NCBI GenBank assembly: GCA_963762565.1
Contig: CAVXLD010000001.1
Coordinates: 736,001-800,000, forward strand
DNA: 64,000 nt
From: an uncultured Verrucomicrobiae bacterium
GTDB taxonomy: Bacteria > Verrucomicrobiota > Verrucomicrobiia > Chthoniobacterales > JAFAMB01
Reading direction: 5' to 3'
Below are positions 38,078-47,533 of this stretch, piece after piece; the first letter of the stretch is position 1, and each line of letters begins with the position of its first letter. Position numbers and translations under genes: made by a program. The notes below the pieces were generated by a model. That model made no database searches and had not been told where the DNA came from. It saw only the letters and a list, made by a program, of their open reading frames with translations.

Positions 38078-38424
38078 GAGCTAGAATCTAGGAGCTAGGA
38101 GAGGAGCCGCTGGGCGTAGGAAAGCGCTGGGCAGGGGCGGCGCGACCGGCGCCGCGAACGGATGGGACCTATACGACATATACGACCTATAGGACATATA
38201 GGACTTATATGACGCGGGAGACATATAGGTCCTATGGTCCGATAAGCCTGTCGCGCCGTAGGCTTGGCGAAGGCGGATCCTATCCGTGCCACTCTTCGCT
38301 GCGGCTGTCGCCAAAGTGACCGCCAACACACCTGAACGCCCCAAATCGAGGACGAGAACGAGAACGATTCCTGCCGCGGTAGCCTCGTCTAGCTCCTAGA
38401 TTCTAGCTCCTAGCTCCTAGCTCC
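38070..38424. repeat. GGAGCTA heptamer cassette enclosing several other repeat families
   Basis: Arms 38070-38100 / 38388-38424. Inside are GACCTATAG-type nonamers (38165-38260), CCTGTCGCGCCGTAGGCTTGGCGAAGGCGG, and GAGGACGAGAACGAGAACGA. Confidence 0.85.
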
Positions 38425-38426
38425 TT

Positions 38427-39425
38427 TTATCCGGTCCGATAGATTCGGATCTGGGAATCGAGCTCGCCATCAAGGAGGTCACAGAACTCACGAGGAGACT
38501 CCAACGCAGCGAAGACTCCGGCCTTATCCAAAACGACGAGATTACATTGGCGAGCCACTTCCCGGAGCCGGTGACCTACATGGACGGGCGGGAACTTTGC
38601 TTCTTCTCCCCAAACCAGCGTAACCGGCTGAGTCACTTCGGCTAAATGCCGCTCCAAATCAACGTTGAGCCTGCCCCGAATCGAATAGAGAGCGGCACGG
38701 TTGGCGCCAAACTGGCGGGAGTAAGTCCAGATAACGTCGACTATCTCGTCATCGATCTTCTCTGGGTCGGCAAAACAAGCCGTGGCCAGCCAAAGGCGGA
38801 TCCGAGCTTTGGTCGCCAGAAACCGATAGTAATAGGTTTGCCGGGCCAATGGGAGTGCAGCCAACCACCGACTATAGCCAAAGAAAGAGCGCCGGCCGTG
38901 GTTCTGCGCCCTACCGCCGGGCATCACTAGAACCAATCTTTGGATCAATTCCGGATGACGTTCGGCCAACAGAGTCGCGAAGGCCGCACCTAAGCCGCTA
39001 GCGACGATTACTGAGCGCGTTTGTCCGGCTTTTGCGCGAAGAAATTCAGCTAGAATCTCTGTGTGTTCCGAAGGACTGAATGGCCGATTCGGCCGGGATG
39101 ATTCGCCAAACCCGAGGAGGTCCGGCGCCAGGACCTGGAACCGATCTGCAAAATGGGGATAAACTCGTGACCACTCAAACGACGATGCCCCCGTGTAGAC
39201 GCCATGGATGAAAACCAGCGGTTCGCCCTTCCCAGACTCGTGATAAACCAGATGGCCTCTACCAGTATAAAAGATTCGGGTCGCAAAAATCGCGGGAGCG
39301 ACTGTGTCCGGGATTTTCGCAGATTTCGGCGTTTTGAAGGCGTAACGGAGCGCCAAGACGACCGCGCCGAGCAAACCCGCGCCCAGGCCTACGCCCCAGA
39401 ACCGATACTTCGAAAGAAATTTCAA
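38427..39425 (-). CDS. Alpha/beta hydrolase fold protein with N-terminal membrane anchor, catalytic residues apparently degenerate
   Basis: PLVFIHG, APDLLGFGES, PVTLVWGE. The nucleophile elbow reads ASGLG. The TTG start overlaps the purM stop. Confidence 0.85.
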   Translation of the reverse strand: MKFLSKYRFWGVGLGAGLLGAVVLALRYAFKTPKSAKIPDTVAPAIFATRIFYTGRGHLVYHESGKGEPLVFIHGVYTGASSFEWSRVYPHFADRFQVLAPDLLGFGESSRPNRPFSPSEHTEILAEFLRAKAGQTRSVIVASGLGAAFATLLAERHPELIQRLVLVMPGGRAQNHGRRSFFGYSRWLAALPLARQTYYYRFLATKARIRLWLATACFADPEKIDDEIVDVIWTYSRQFGANRAALYSIRGRLNVDLERHLAEVTQPVTLVWGEEAKFPPVHVGHRLREVARQCNLVVLDKAGVFAALESPREFCDLLDGELDSQIRIYRTG

Positions 39426-40447
39426 GTCAGCAGCACCCTACCCGAGCCGGGCGTGATCTGTCCAATCACCTTTGAGCCCGTCTTCGCAGCGACCTCTTCA
39501 ACGTGATGCCTGGCGACAACCAAGACCATGCCGATCCCCATATTGAAGACCTCAAACATTTCCTGAACGGAGATATCTCCCCCGCGTTGGATGAGGCGAA
39601 AAATCGGCGGCACTTTCCAAGAGGCCGTATCGACCAACGCGTCGCAAGTTGGAGGCAATACTCTTGGAATATTATCGATCAAGCCACCGCCGGTGACATG
39701 GGCTGCTGCTTTGATGCGACCCGAGGGCACACCGGCTAGCAGTGGTTGATAATTCTTATGAATCCGCAGAAGCTCTTCTCCCAGCGGCCGAGTCAGGCCT
39801 TCGGCTTTAGCCGCCAGATCGAGGCGCATTTGCTGTAACAAAACTTTGCGAGCCAGGCTAAATCCGTTCGTATGCAATCCGTTCGAAGGAAGCCCGAGTA
39901 AAACGTCGGATGGGACGATGCGTAAGCCGTCCAAGATCTTCGGACGATCAACCACTCCAACAATACAACCAGCGAGGTCATACTCGCGAGGGTGATAAAG
40001 GTCGGGCAACTGCGCCGTCTCTCCGCCGATCAAAGCGCAATTCCCCGCTTTGCAGGCCTTGGTAAAACCCGAGATCAGTTGATCAAAAACCTCGGGATCC
40101 AATCGTTCGGACCCGATATAATCCAAAAAGAAAAGGGGCCGAGCGCCGGTCACCGCGATATCATTGATACAGTGATTCACCAAATCCTGCGCAACTGATT
40201 CATGGCTGTTCAACGCGACCGCTATCTTCAGCTTGGTGCCAACTCCGTCGATACTGGAAACCAGCACCGGCTCTTTCATTTGTCCAAACTCGGCCCGAAA
40301 CAAGCCACCAAAACCACCGATTCGGCCTAAGACCTCAGGTCCGTAGGTTCGTTGGACTTTATCCTGCAGGCCCTGCTTTACCTTATTGCCAAGTGCGATA
40401 TCGACGCCGGCGGCTGCGTAGGCCTTCTTCTTTGAGACAGGTCTCAT
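39422..40447 (-). CDS. purM: Phosphoribosylformylglycinamidine cyclo-ligase
   Basis: YAAAGVDI, GGFGGLF, DGVGTK, PLFFLDY, LIGGETA, SNGLHTNG, HVTGGG, FNMGIG. Confidence 0.97.
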   Translation of the reverse strand: MRPVSKKKAYAAAGVDIALGNKVKQGLQDKVQRTYGPEVLGRIGGFGGLFRAEFGQMKEPVLVSSIDGVGTKLKIAVALNSHESVAQDLVNHCINDIAVTGARPLFFLDYIGSERLDPEVFDQLISGFTKACKAGNCALIGGETAQLPDLYHPREYDLAGCIVGVVDRPKILDGLRIVPSDVLLGLPSNGLHTNGFSLARKVLLQQMRLDLAAKAEGLTRPLGEELLRIHKNYQPLLAGVPSGRIKAAAHVTGGGLIDNIPRVLPPTCDALVDTASWKVPPIFRLIQRGGDISVQEMFEVFNMGIGMVLVVARHHVEEVAAKTGSKVIGQITPGSGRVLLT

Positions 40448-41904
40448 TTAGACGGAACGAATAGTCGAGGCTGGGCGATATCTTCCTGCAAAAGCTGCGA
40501 TCGCCCTTTGCGACGTTCCATGATGAATTTGTCCAACACACCATTAAACGGAACCGGATATTCGCCGTCGAAGCATGCCAGACAAAAATTGTCCCTGGGC
40601 AGGCCAGTTGCCCGAACCATGCCTTCAATGTCTAGGTAGCCGACGGAATCGACTCCGAGATAGTCCTCAATCCCGTCAGGAGGACACTGATTGGCTAAGA
40701 GATTCTTGGGGTCAGGGAAATCGATGCCGTAAAAACAGGCAAACCGATGGGGAGGACAGCTAATCCGGAGGTGTACTTCCTTCGCGCCGGCCTCCCTCAA
40801 GTTCACTACCCGCGCTCGCGCCGTGGTCCCGCGCACAACCGAATCATCCACTACTACTACTCTCTTGCCTTCCACTAACTCTTTGATCAGGTTCAGCTTC
40901 ACTCGCACATTGAAGTCACGAATGAGTTGGGTTGGCTGAAGGAAGGTTCGCCCGATGTAGTGATTTCGAACGAAAGCAGGCTCGTAAGGAATTCCCAGCT
41001 CGTGACTGAATCCGAGAGCGGCATAGTTACCGGAGTCGGGCACAGGCACCACGATGTCGGCTTCCACGGGATGCAAGAGCGCAAGTTCCCTTCCCATTGC
41101 CACCCGAACTTTACTGACATTGCGGTTCTGGATCATGCTATCCGGCCGCGCAAAGTAGACGAACTCAAACATGCAGAACGCTTGCCGCTCTTCCTTGAAC
41201 GGCCATTCGGAGTGGATGCCATCGTCGTTGATGATGATCACCTCGCCCGGCTCTACCTCGCGAACAAACTCGGCGTGAATCAGGTCAAACGCACAGGTCT
41301 CTGAAGCTAAAATAAAGGCATCGTCTAGTTTCCCTAGAACCAAGGGCCGGAAGCCATACGGGTCACGCACCCCAATAATTTCTTTCTCGCCCATAACCAC
41401 AAACGAGAAGGCCCCATGGAGTTGACGAAGGGCGGTTAGCACATTCCGATGTCCGCTAGGCTGAGCTAACAAATGCAAAACGATCTCGCTATCGACAGTC
41501 GTCTGAAAAATCGAGCCCCGACTCTCCAGTTCGTCGCGCAAAGGCGCCGCATTAATAAGGTTACCGTTGTGAGCGATCGCTAACTGGCCGCGAGCGCAAT
41601 CCACCACAAAGGGTTGAGCATTTTTTAAGGTACTCGAACCGCTGGTGGAATATCGAACATGGCCGATCGCTCGAGACCCTCTTAGTACCTGCAGTTCCTT
41701 TTCCCCAAAGACCTGGGAGACCAAGCCCATTCCCCGATGAATATGAAATGGCTGAGACGACCCCTCGGCGGTAACAATACCGGCACTTTCTTGACCCCGG
41801 TGCTGGAGGGCGAATAACCCATAGTACGTCAGCATCGCGGCGTCGGGATGCCCGTACACCGCGAAGACACCGCATTCGTGGGTGGGTTTATGGTGCGTTT
41901 TCAC
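40444..41904 (-). CDS. purF: Amidophosphoribosyltransferase
   Basis: [50 protein letters not shown] overlap with the purL stop. Confidence 0.97.
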   Translation of the reverse strand: MKTHHKPTHECGVFAVYGHPDAAMLTYYGLFALQHRGQESAGIVTAEGSSQPFHIHRGMGLVSQVFGEKELQVLRGSRAIGHVRYSTSGSSTLKNAQPFVVDCARGQLAIAHNGNLINAAPLRDELESRGSIFQTTVDSEIVLHLLAQPSGHRNVLTALRQLHGAFSFVVMGEKEIIGVRDPYGFRPLVLGKLDDAFILASETCAFDLIHAEFVREVEPGEVIIINDDGIHSEWPFKEERQAFCMFEFVYFARPDSMIQNRNVSKVRVAMGRELALLHPVEADIVVPVPDSGNYAALGFSHELGIPYEPAFVRNHYIGRTFLQPTQLIRDFNVRVKLNLIKELVEGKRVVVVDDSVVRGTTARARVVNLREAGAKEVHLRISCPPHRFACFYGIDFPDPKNLLANQCPPDGIEDYLGVDSVGYLDIEGMVRATGLPRDNFCLACFDGEYPVPFNGVLDKFIMERRKGRSQLLQEDIAQPRLFVPSK

Positions 41905-44156
41905 AAGTCTTGCTGAGACAGAGCCAGCGCTACAGAAGAATACCACGTCTCGTGGAGTTGATCCAAAGACCAAGATAGAGTGCCATCGGGCCCCTCGATC
42001 GCCAATTCACTGCCGCCCACCAAACCGAGCCTGAACAAGGCAATTCCCATCTGAGCAGCTTCTTGTTGAACCTGCTCAACCGCCTCGCTGGGAACGCTCA
42101 CGACGATGCGGGATTGCGATTCGTTGAATAGACTAATGTCCAGACGCTGATTCGGTAGAGATGAGCTCAAGGTCATCCCAGGGAGCCGGACCTGGGCGCC
42201 GATTTTTTCGGGGCCGCTCATGCAACATTCGGCCAGCGCTACGGCTAAGCCTCCATCCGAGCAGTCGTGGGCGCTCTTTACAAAGCCTTTTCGAATCAGC
42301 GCCCGTAAGAATTTCTGGACCGCTAGCTCCTGATCAAAATTCAAACGAGGAGGCCGGCCAGCCTTCTTTCCATAAATGGCTTTGAGATACAATGAACCAC
42401 CAATCTCCTCCCCAACGTCGCCAATAAGAAAAATCACATCTCCCTCGTTACGAAAGTACTGACGAGTGATCCAGCGCTCGTCTTCAATTAAACCGATCAT
42501 ACCAACCGTTGGTGTTGGATCGATCGTTCCTTCGGGACTTTCGTTGTATAAACTGACATTTCCTCCCGTCACCGGCGTTTCGAAACGGCGGCAGGCTTCC
42601 GTCAGCCCTTCCACGGCCTCTCGGAGCTGCCAAAAGTTCTCCGGCCGGTAAGGGTTGCCAAAATTGAGGTTGTCCGTTACTGCCAGCGGAATAGCACCAG
42701 AACAGGTCAGGTTGCGCGCAGCTTCCGCAACGGCAATTTTGGCGCCTTCCCGCGGGTCGAGACGACAATACAGATTGTTACAATCGGTGGTCGCGGCCAA
42801 GAACCTGTCTGCCTCTCGCACGTAGAAGACGGCCGCATCGGAGCCCGGTGGAACAACGGTTCCTGCCCGGACCGTGTGGTCGTACTGCCTGAAAACCCAA
42901 TTCTTAGAGGCAATGGTCGGATGGGCTAGGAGTTGCAACAAGCTGTCCTTCGGGTCGCGCCAGGCGAGATCCGAAACCGCTATCGCTTCGGGCCCTGCAG
43001 GGGTCGTCACCTCGCGTTCGTAGACCGGTGCGTCATCCGCTAACTGTTTCGCAGGGATCTCAACTGCAACTGCACCATCGTCCAGAACCCGCATAAAGCC
43101 GTCATCCGTCACTTTACCGACACGCGAGTAAGGTAGATCCCATTTTTCGAAGACCTCCTTGACACGCTCTTCCTCACCGCTGCGAACGATGATCAACATC
43201 CGTTCCTGGGATTCGCTGAGTAAGATCTCATACGGAGACATGCCAGTTTCGCGTTTCGGAACCAGCGCCAGGTCGATTTGGACGCCGGTGCCTCCACGGC
43301 TAGCCGTTTCACAGGTGGAACACGTGAGTCCAGCGGCTCCCATGTCTTGGATCCCGGCGACTGCGCCGCTGTTCAGGAGCTCGAGACAAGCTTCTAAAAG
43401 CAATTTTCCGCGGAATGGATCACCGACCTGGACCGCCGGCCGGTCTGCCTTTGATTCTTCTGTCAGATCGCGAGAAGCAAACGCCGCTCCCGCCAAACCG
43501 TCCCGCCCCGTCTCGGAACCGACGTAGAATACCGCGTTCCCGACACCAGAGGCGGCTCCGCGGGCGATCTCAGATTTCTTCAAAATGCCTAAACAGAGGA
43601 CATTTACCAAAGGGTTGCCGTTATACGACTCATCGAAGCCGATCTCTCCCCCAATGGTGGGAACACCAATGCAGTTCCCATAATGCGCAATTCCAGCAAC
43701 TACGCCGCGGAGCAGTTTTCGATTTTTGCGGGCCGCGTCATTATGACCGTGGATCGGCCCAAATCGGAGCGAGTTCATCAGGAAGACAGGCCGCGCTCCC
43801 ATAGTGAAAATGTCTCGGATTATCCCCCCAACCCCGGTCGCGGCTCCCTGGAAAGGCTCCACGGCACTGGGATGATTGTGACTCTCCATTTTGAAGGCCA
43901 CGGCCCAGCCGTCACCGATATCGATCACCCCGGCATTTTCTTCACCAGCCTTTACCAAGACTCTGGGGCCGGTGGTCGGAAATTTTCTGAGCTCTCTCCG
44001 GGTGTTCTTATAGGAGCAATGCTCGCTCCACATGACTGAGAAGACGCCCAACTCGGTAAAGTTCGGTTCACGCCCTAGAATCGCTTTGATGCGTTCGAAC
44101 TCCTCCTCCGACAGACCATGTTGCCGTACTAGTTCGGGCGTTAGAGTAGGAGTCAT
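41901..44156 (-). CDS. purL: Phosphoribosylformylglycinamidine synthase subunit PurL
   Basis: [46 protein letters not shown]. Confidence 0.97.
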   Translation of the reverse strand: MTPTLTPELVRQHGLSEEEFERIKAILGREPNFTELGVFSVMWSEHCSYKNTRRELRKFPTTGPRVLVKAGEENAGVIDIGDGWAVAFKMESHNHPSAVEPFQGAATGVGGIIRDIFTMGARPVFLMNSLRFGPIHGHNDAARKNRKLLRGVVAGIAHYGNCIGVPTIGGEIGFDESYNGNPLVNVLCLGILKKSEIARGAASGVGNAVFYVGSETGRDGLAGAAFASRDLTEESKADRPAVQVGDPFRGKLLLEACLELLNSGAVAGIQDMGAAGLTCSTCETASRGGTGVQIDLALVPKRETGMSPYEILLSESQERMLIIVRSGEEERVKEVFEKWDLPYSRVGKVTDDGFMRVLDDGAVAVEIPAKQLADDAPVYEREVTTPAGPEAIAVSDLAWRDPKDSLLQLLAHPTIASKNWVFRQYDHTVRAGTVVPPGSDAAVFYVREADRFLAATTDCNNLYCRLDPREGAKIAVAEAARNLTCSGAIPLAVTDNLNFGNPYRPENFWQLREAVEGLTEACRRFETPVTGGNVSLYNESPEGTIDPTPTVGMIGLIEDERWITRQYFRNEGDVIFLIGDVGEEIGGSLYLKAIYGKKAGRPPRLNFDQELAVQKFLRALIRKGFVKSAHDCSDGGLAVALAECCMSGPEKIGAQVRLPGMTLSSSLPNQRLDISLFNESQSRIVVSVPSEAVEQVQQEAAQMGIALFRLGLVGGSELAIEGPDGTLSWSLDQLHETWYSSVALALSQQDL

Positions 44157-44854
44157 GCCGCAACTGATAGCAGGGTATCCACCAAGGATCTGAATAGTTG
44201 CAAACCGTCTTCGCTGCCTAGCCGGTGATCCCAAGACCGATCCGGGTGAGGCATCAGCCCGAGGACGTTCCCAGCGAGGTTGCAAATACCGGCGATATTG
44301 TTCCGGCTTCCGTTCGGGTTCGCCTCGGAAGTAGGCAGACCGTTCGCATCCACGTACCGAAACACCACTTGCCCTCCCTCTTCGAGTTCTCTTAAGGTTT
44401 GGTCGTCCGCATAGTAGGCGCCTTCGCCATGGGCAATTGGCATTCGCAGGATAGCGCCCTCATCAGACAGCCGGGTAAAAGGCGTCCGATTGTTTTCCAG
44501 CTTCAAGTAGACTGGCTGGCACAAAAACAAGAGAGCGCGATTCCGGATTAGAGCACCAGGCAAAAGACCAGTCTCGCACAAGATCTGAAAACCGTTGCAG
44601 ATACCGAAAACCGGCATCCCTGCGTGTGCTGACTTAATGACAGACTGCATCACCGGTGAAAACGTGGCGATGGCGCCGCAGCGGAGGTAATCACCGTACG
44701 AAAAGCCGCCGGGGAGGATGACAGCATCATAACCGGCGATCGACGTTTCTTTGTGCCAAACGTACTCGGCCTTGACGCCAAGGCCGTCGGTTAAGGCGCG
44801 CAAACAGTCTTGATCGCAATTTGAGCCGGGAAAACGAACAACGGCAATTTTCAT
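44153..44854 (-). CDS. purQ: Phosphoribosylformylglycinamidine synthase subunit PurQ
   Basis: [38 protein letters not shown]. Confidence 0.97.
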   Translation of the reverse strand: MKIAVVRFPGSNCDQDCLRALTDGLGVKAEYVWHKETSIAGYDAVILPGGFSYGDYLRCGAIATFSPVMQSVIKSAHAGMPVFGICNGFQILCETGLLPGALIRNRALLFLCQPVYLKLENNRTPFTRLSDEGAILRMPIAHGEGAYYADDQTLRELEEGGQVVFRYVDANGLPTSEANPNGSRNNIAGICNLAGNVLGLMPHPDRSWDHRLGSEDGLQLFRSLVDTLLSVAA

Positions 44855-45114
44855 CGCGATGTTATTTCAGAAACAGCGCCTAGGATGCGGTAGTCTTCGA
44901 TCACTTGGTTACAAAGAAGGTCCCGGCAGATTTCATCGAGTTTCGCCTCGTCCGGTTCACCGGTAAACTCTATCTCAATAATCTTCCCGACGCGAACCGT
45001 GCCAACGTTACTTAAACCGAGCTCGCGGACGGCGTTACGGACGGCTACCCCCTGCGGATCAAGCACATTCCGCTTTGGCATCACGACAACCTCGAGTTTC
45101 ACGGCGAAAACCAT
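44851..45114 (-). CDS. purS: Phosphoribosylformylglycinamidine synthase subunit PurS
   Basis: [21 protein letters not shown]. Confidence 0.93.
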   Translation of the reverse strand: MVFAVKLEVVVMPKRNVLDPQGVAVRNAVRELGLSNVGTVRVGKIIEIEFTGEPDEAKLDEICRDLLCNQVIEDYRILGAVSEITSR

Positions 45115-45261
45115 CAGGGGAGACGGGGCCTGCGTAAAGAAAAAATTGAAAAAGCGTCCGGGGAGCGGCTAGGGCGAAAATCTCGGCGCTTCAGGGCTTC
45201 GTTCTCGTCCTCGTCCTCGAATGGTGTGAAGCGGTGATGCGATGTGCGATTCCCAGCGCCT

Positions 45262-45528
45262 GGAGGGGAGCCGCTTTGGAGCGTATCTTTCCGCCCCGGC
45301 GAATTTAGTCTCAACACTTATCCGACCGAAACGGGCAAAAACAGGCGGCTCCCGGGAACGGCCCAGCGGTTCACAGCTCTAAGCCGGGGCAAACGAATCG
45401 GAGCCACGGGGTAAATCATCACCCTGGGTTATTCCCGGGAGCCGCTAGTTGCGACATTTTTTGGTCCGATTGAGTGCTGAAACAAATATCGCGAGGTCGC
45501 ATGCTACGCGCAAAAGCGGCTCCCCTCC
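45262..45528. mobile_element. GGAGGGGAGCCGC element, copy B (long subfamily)
   Basis: Colinear with copy A, including the flanks out to the TCGTCCTCG hexamers (about 45199-45590). Confidence 0.8.
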
Positions 45529-45693
45529 AGGCGTTGGGAACAAAATGCCTGGGCGACGTGCCACGCCTTTCGAGGACGAGGACGAAAACGCTCGTCGCGG
45601 AAGCGTTTGCCCCTATCGGAATCCCAAGATAGCAAATGAGAAACACGTCGTAGGGCTGGACAGGTACGCCTCTATTGATAAACTGCGGTGCAT

Positions 45694-46533
45694 ATGTCCC
45701 CTCCGTGGAAGTGGCTTTTGCCGAGCATCATCGCCATTTTGGCAGTCGAACCTTCGGGTGCACAGCAAGCCGCCGCGGGTGGTTCCGCGACCCCAGCGGC
45801 TTCACCGTTGCCCGAGGCGGAACTGAAAGCAGCCGTCACTGTCGACTCACTCACCGTCCCGACGCCGGGAGAATTTTTCAAAGCGATCGATAAGACCGGT
45901 AAACCAAACTGGGCCTCTCAATTTCGCCCGCCTACTCCGATCGGAGGGGTGAATCGAGCCCAAATGGCCCTAAACCTGGGTACCTTGATCGCGGACGGGT
46001 ACATCGCAGTCGAGGCGCAGGACGGTCAACAGGTCAAAAATATCGGACGAGATGTACTAGCCCTGGCGAAAAAACTCAGCGTGTCCGATAGCGTCTTAGC
46101 CCGCGGTAAGAGCATAACCCAATTCGCTGAGGACGGATCCTGGGATCAGCTGAATGAAGAGTTGGAAGCTACGCAAAACGAGGTAAAAAAGGCGCTCGAA
46201 GAGAACCGCGATAACGACTTAATTACTTTGGTGAGCATTGGAGGCTGGATCCGCGGTACCCAAGTTGTGACTGGGCTTCTAGTCGAAAGCTATAACCCGG
46301 AGACGGCGAAGCTTCTGCGACAGCCTGCTTTGGTTGACTATTTGCGAGGCAAATTGGATCAACTTCCAACCAGGCTCCGTCAGGACAAACTCGTCGTTAA
46401 AGTGAATGGCGACCTTAAGAACATCGCGACTCTGGTCTCATTCCCCGCGGATCATGTTCCCACAGCGGGTGAGGTGAAGACTCTTAACCAGGCTTCTGCA
46501 AAATTGACCAAGGAAATCTCGGCCGGCGAATGA
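45694..46533 (+). CDS. Exported hypothetical protein (predicted helical)
   Basis: Signal-peptide-like N-terminus and long clean ORF. ATGA overlap with the next gene. Confidence 0.8.
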   Translation: MSPPWKWLLPSIIAILAVEPSGAQQAAAGGSATPAASPLPEAELKAAVTVDSLTVPTPGEFFKAIDKTGKPNWASQFRPPTPIGGVNRAQMALNLGTLIADGYIAVEAQDGQQVKNIGRDVLALAKKLSVSDSVLARGKSITQFAEDGSWDQLNEELEATQNEVKKALEENRDNDLITLVSIGGWIRGTQVVTGLLVESYNPETAKLLRQPALVDYLRGKLDQLPTRLRQDKLVVKVNGDLKNIATLVSFPADHVPTAGEVKTLNQASAKLTKEISAGE

Positions 46534-47000
46534 AACGTCTCTTACACACTCTTGCCTTTTTCTTACCGTTTCCGGCGTTCCTGCTCGCTATCGGCGTTAC
46601 CATGAGCGGGCCTGCATCGCTGTTCGGCGCAGACACCGACGACCAAACGAAAGCTCACAGTGAGGTCCTGGATCTGGCCGGCGCTTTTCAAAATGACGGT
46701 TTCAAGCTCCGCGATGGAACTTGGTACGCGCAGGTTTCTAAGGACCATCCTCAAATACTCCAAGTCAATCTCTATACCGGCAACGCTTATTGGTTTTCCG
46801 TTGCCGAAGCCGATAGTTCAACGGGTTTGAACGTCTCGGTGTTTGACGATCATGGAAATCCAGTCGACGTTCAGGTCTACCAAAAGGACAACAAAGCTGC
46901 GGCGGGTTTTAGCCCAGACGCCAGCGGATTATACTACGTCGAAGTCTCGAGCTCCGCTCCAGTAGCGGCGACCTTTTGTTTGATCTACTCGTACAAATAA
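46530..47000 (+). CDS. Exported hypothetical protein (predicted beta-rich)
   Basis: Hydrophobic N-terminus, VNLYTGNAYWF...GLYYVEV. Coupled to the upstream gene. Confidence 0.8.
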   Translation: MKRLLHTLAFFLPFPAFLLAIGVTMSGPASLFGADTDDQTKAHSEVLDLAGAFQNDGFKLRDGTWYAQVSKDHPQILQVNLYTGNAYWFSVAEADSSTGLNVSVFDDHGNPVDVQVYQKDNKAAAGFSPDASGLYYVEVSSSAPVAATFCLIYSYK

Positions 47001-47016
47001 AGTTTTTGCGTTTTCG

Positions 47017-47487
47017 ATGGCCACGGCCGGAGCTCAGGTTAGAGAAACCACGTCTGGACCAACCGTTAAACAGTTCTCTGTTTTTCTGTTGAATAAAGTT
47101 GGGGCTCTCCTCGAGATAATTCGAATACTGAATGAAAGTGAGGTTCACGTCATCGGTCTAAACTCCCAAGACTCGACCGACTCGGCGATAGTCCGGATCA
47201 TCGTGAGCGATCCGGAAGCGGTTGAACAGATTTTCGACCTCCACGAGGTCGCCTACAGCATCTCAGAGATCTTAGTAGTGGAGATGCGGGAAGTTGCCGT
47301 AGACCTGAAGAAGCTGCTCTCTTGCCTTCTGATGGCCGAGGTTAATATCCAGGTTTGCTACCCGCTTTTGCTCCGTCCCCACGGCCGTTCTGCCCTGGCT
47401 CTCCACTTGGACGATGTCGAGTGCGCCAGATCGGTCCTGGGGGGCCGAGGATTTACGATTTTGAATCAGACGGATCTTTCGCGATAG
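47017..47487 (+). CDS. Tandem ACT-domain protein
   Basis: VKQFSVFLLNKVGAL, DSAIVRIIVSDP, AEVNIQVCYP. Confidence 0.85.
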   Translation: MATAGAQVRETTSGPTVKQFSVFLLNKVGALLEIIRILNESEVHVIGLNSQDSTDSAIVRIIVSDPEAVEQIFDLHEVAYSISEILVVEMREVAVDLKKLLSCLLMAEVNIQVCYPLLLRPHGRSALALHLDDVECARSVLGGRGFTILNQTDLSR

Positions 47488-47531
47488 CCTGCGTAGCCGG
47501 AAATGCGTACGCATTTCCGGCTACGCAGGCT
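47486..47531. repeat. Perfect 46-bp palindrome between convergent genes (possible bidirectional terminator / collapsed REP doublet)
   Basis: AGCCTGCGTAGCCGGAAATGCGT|ACGCATTTCCGGCTACGCAGGCT. Confidence 0.85.
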
Positions 47532-47533
47532 GG

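Noticed and set aside
45115..45690. Purine/ZTP/PRPP riboswitch upstream of purS
   Set aside because: The region is explained by repeat copy B and its host REP, which also occur next to unrelated genes. No riboswitch consensus recognised.
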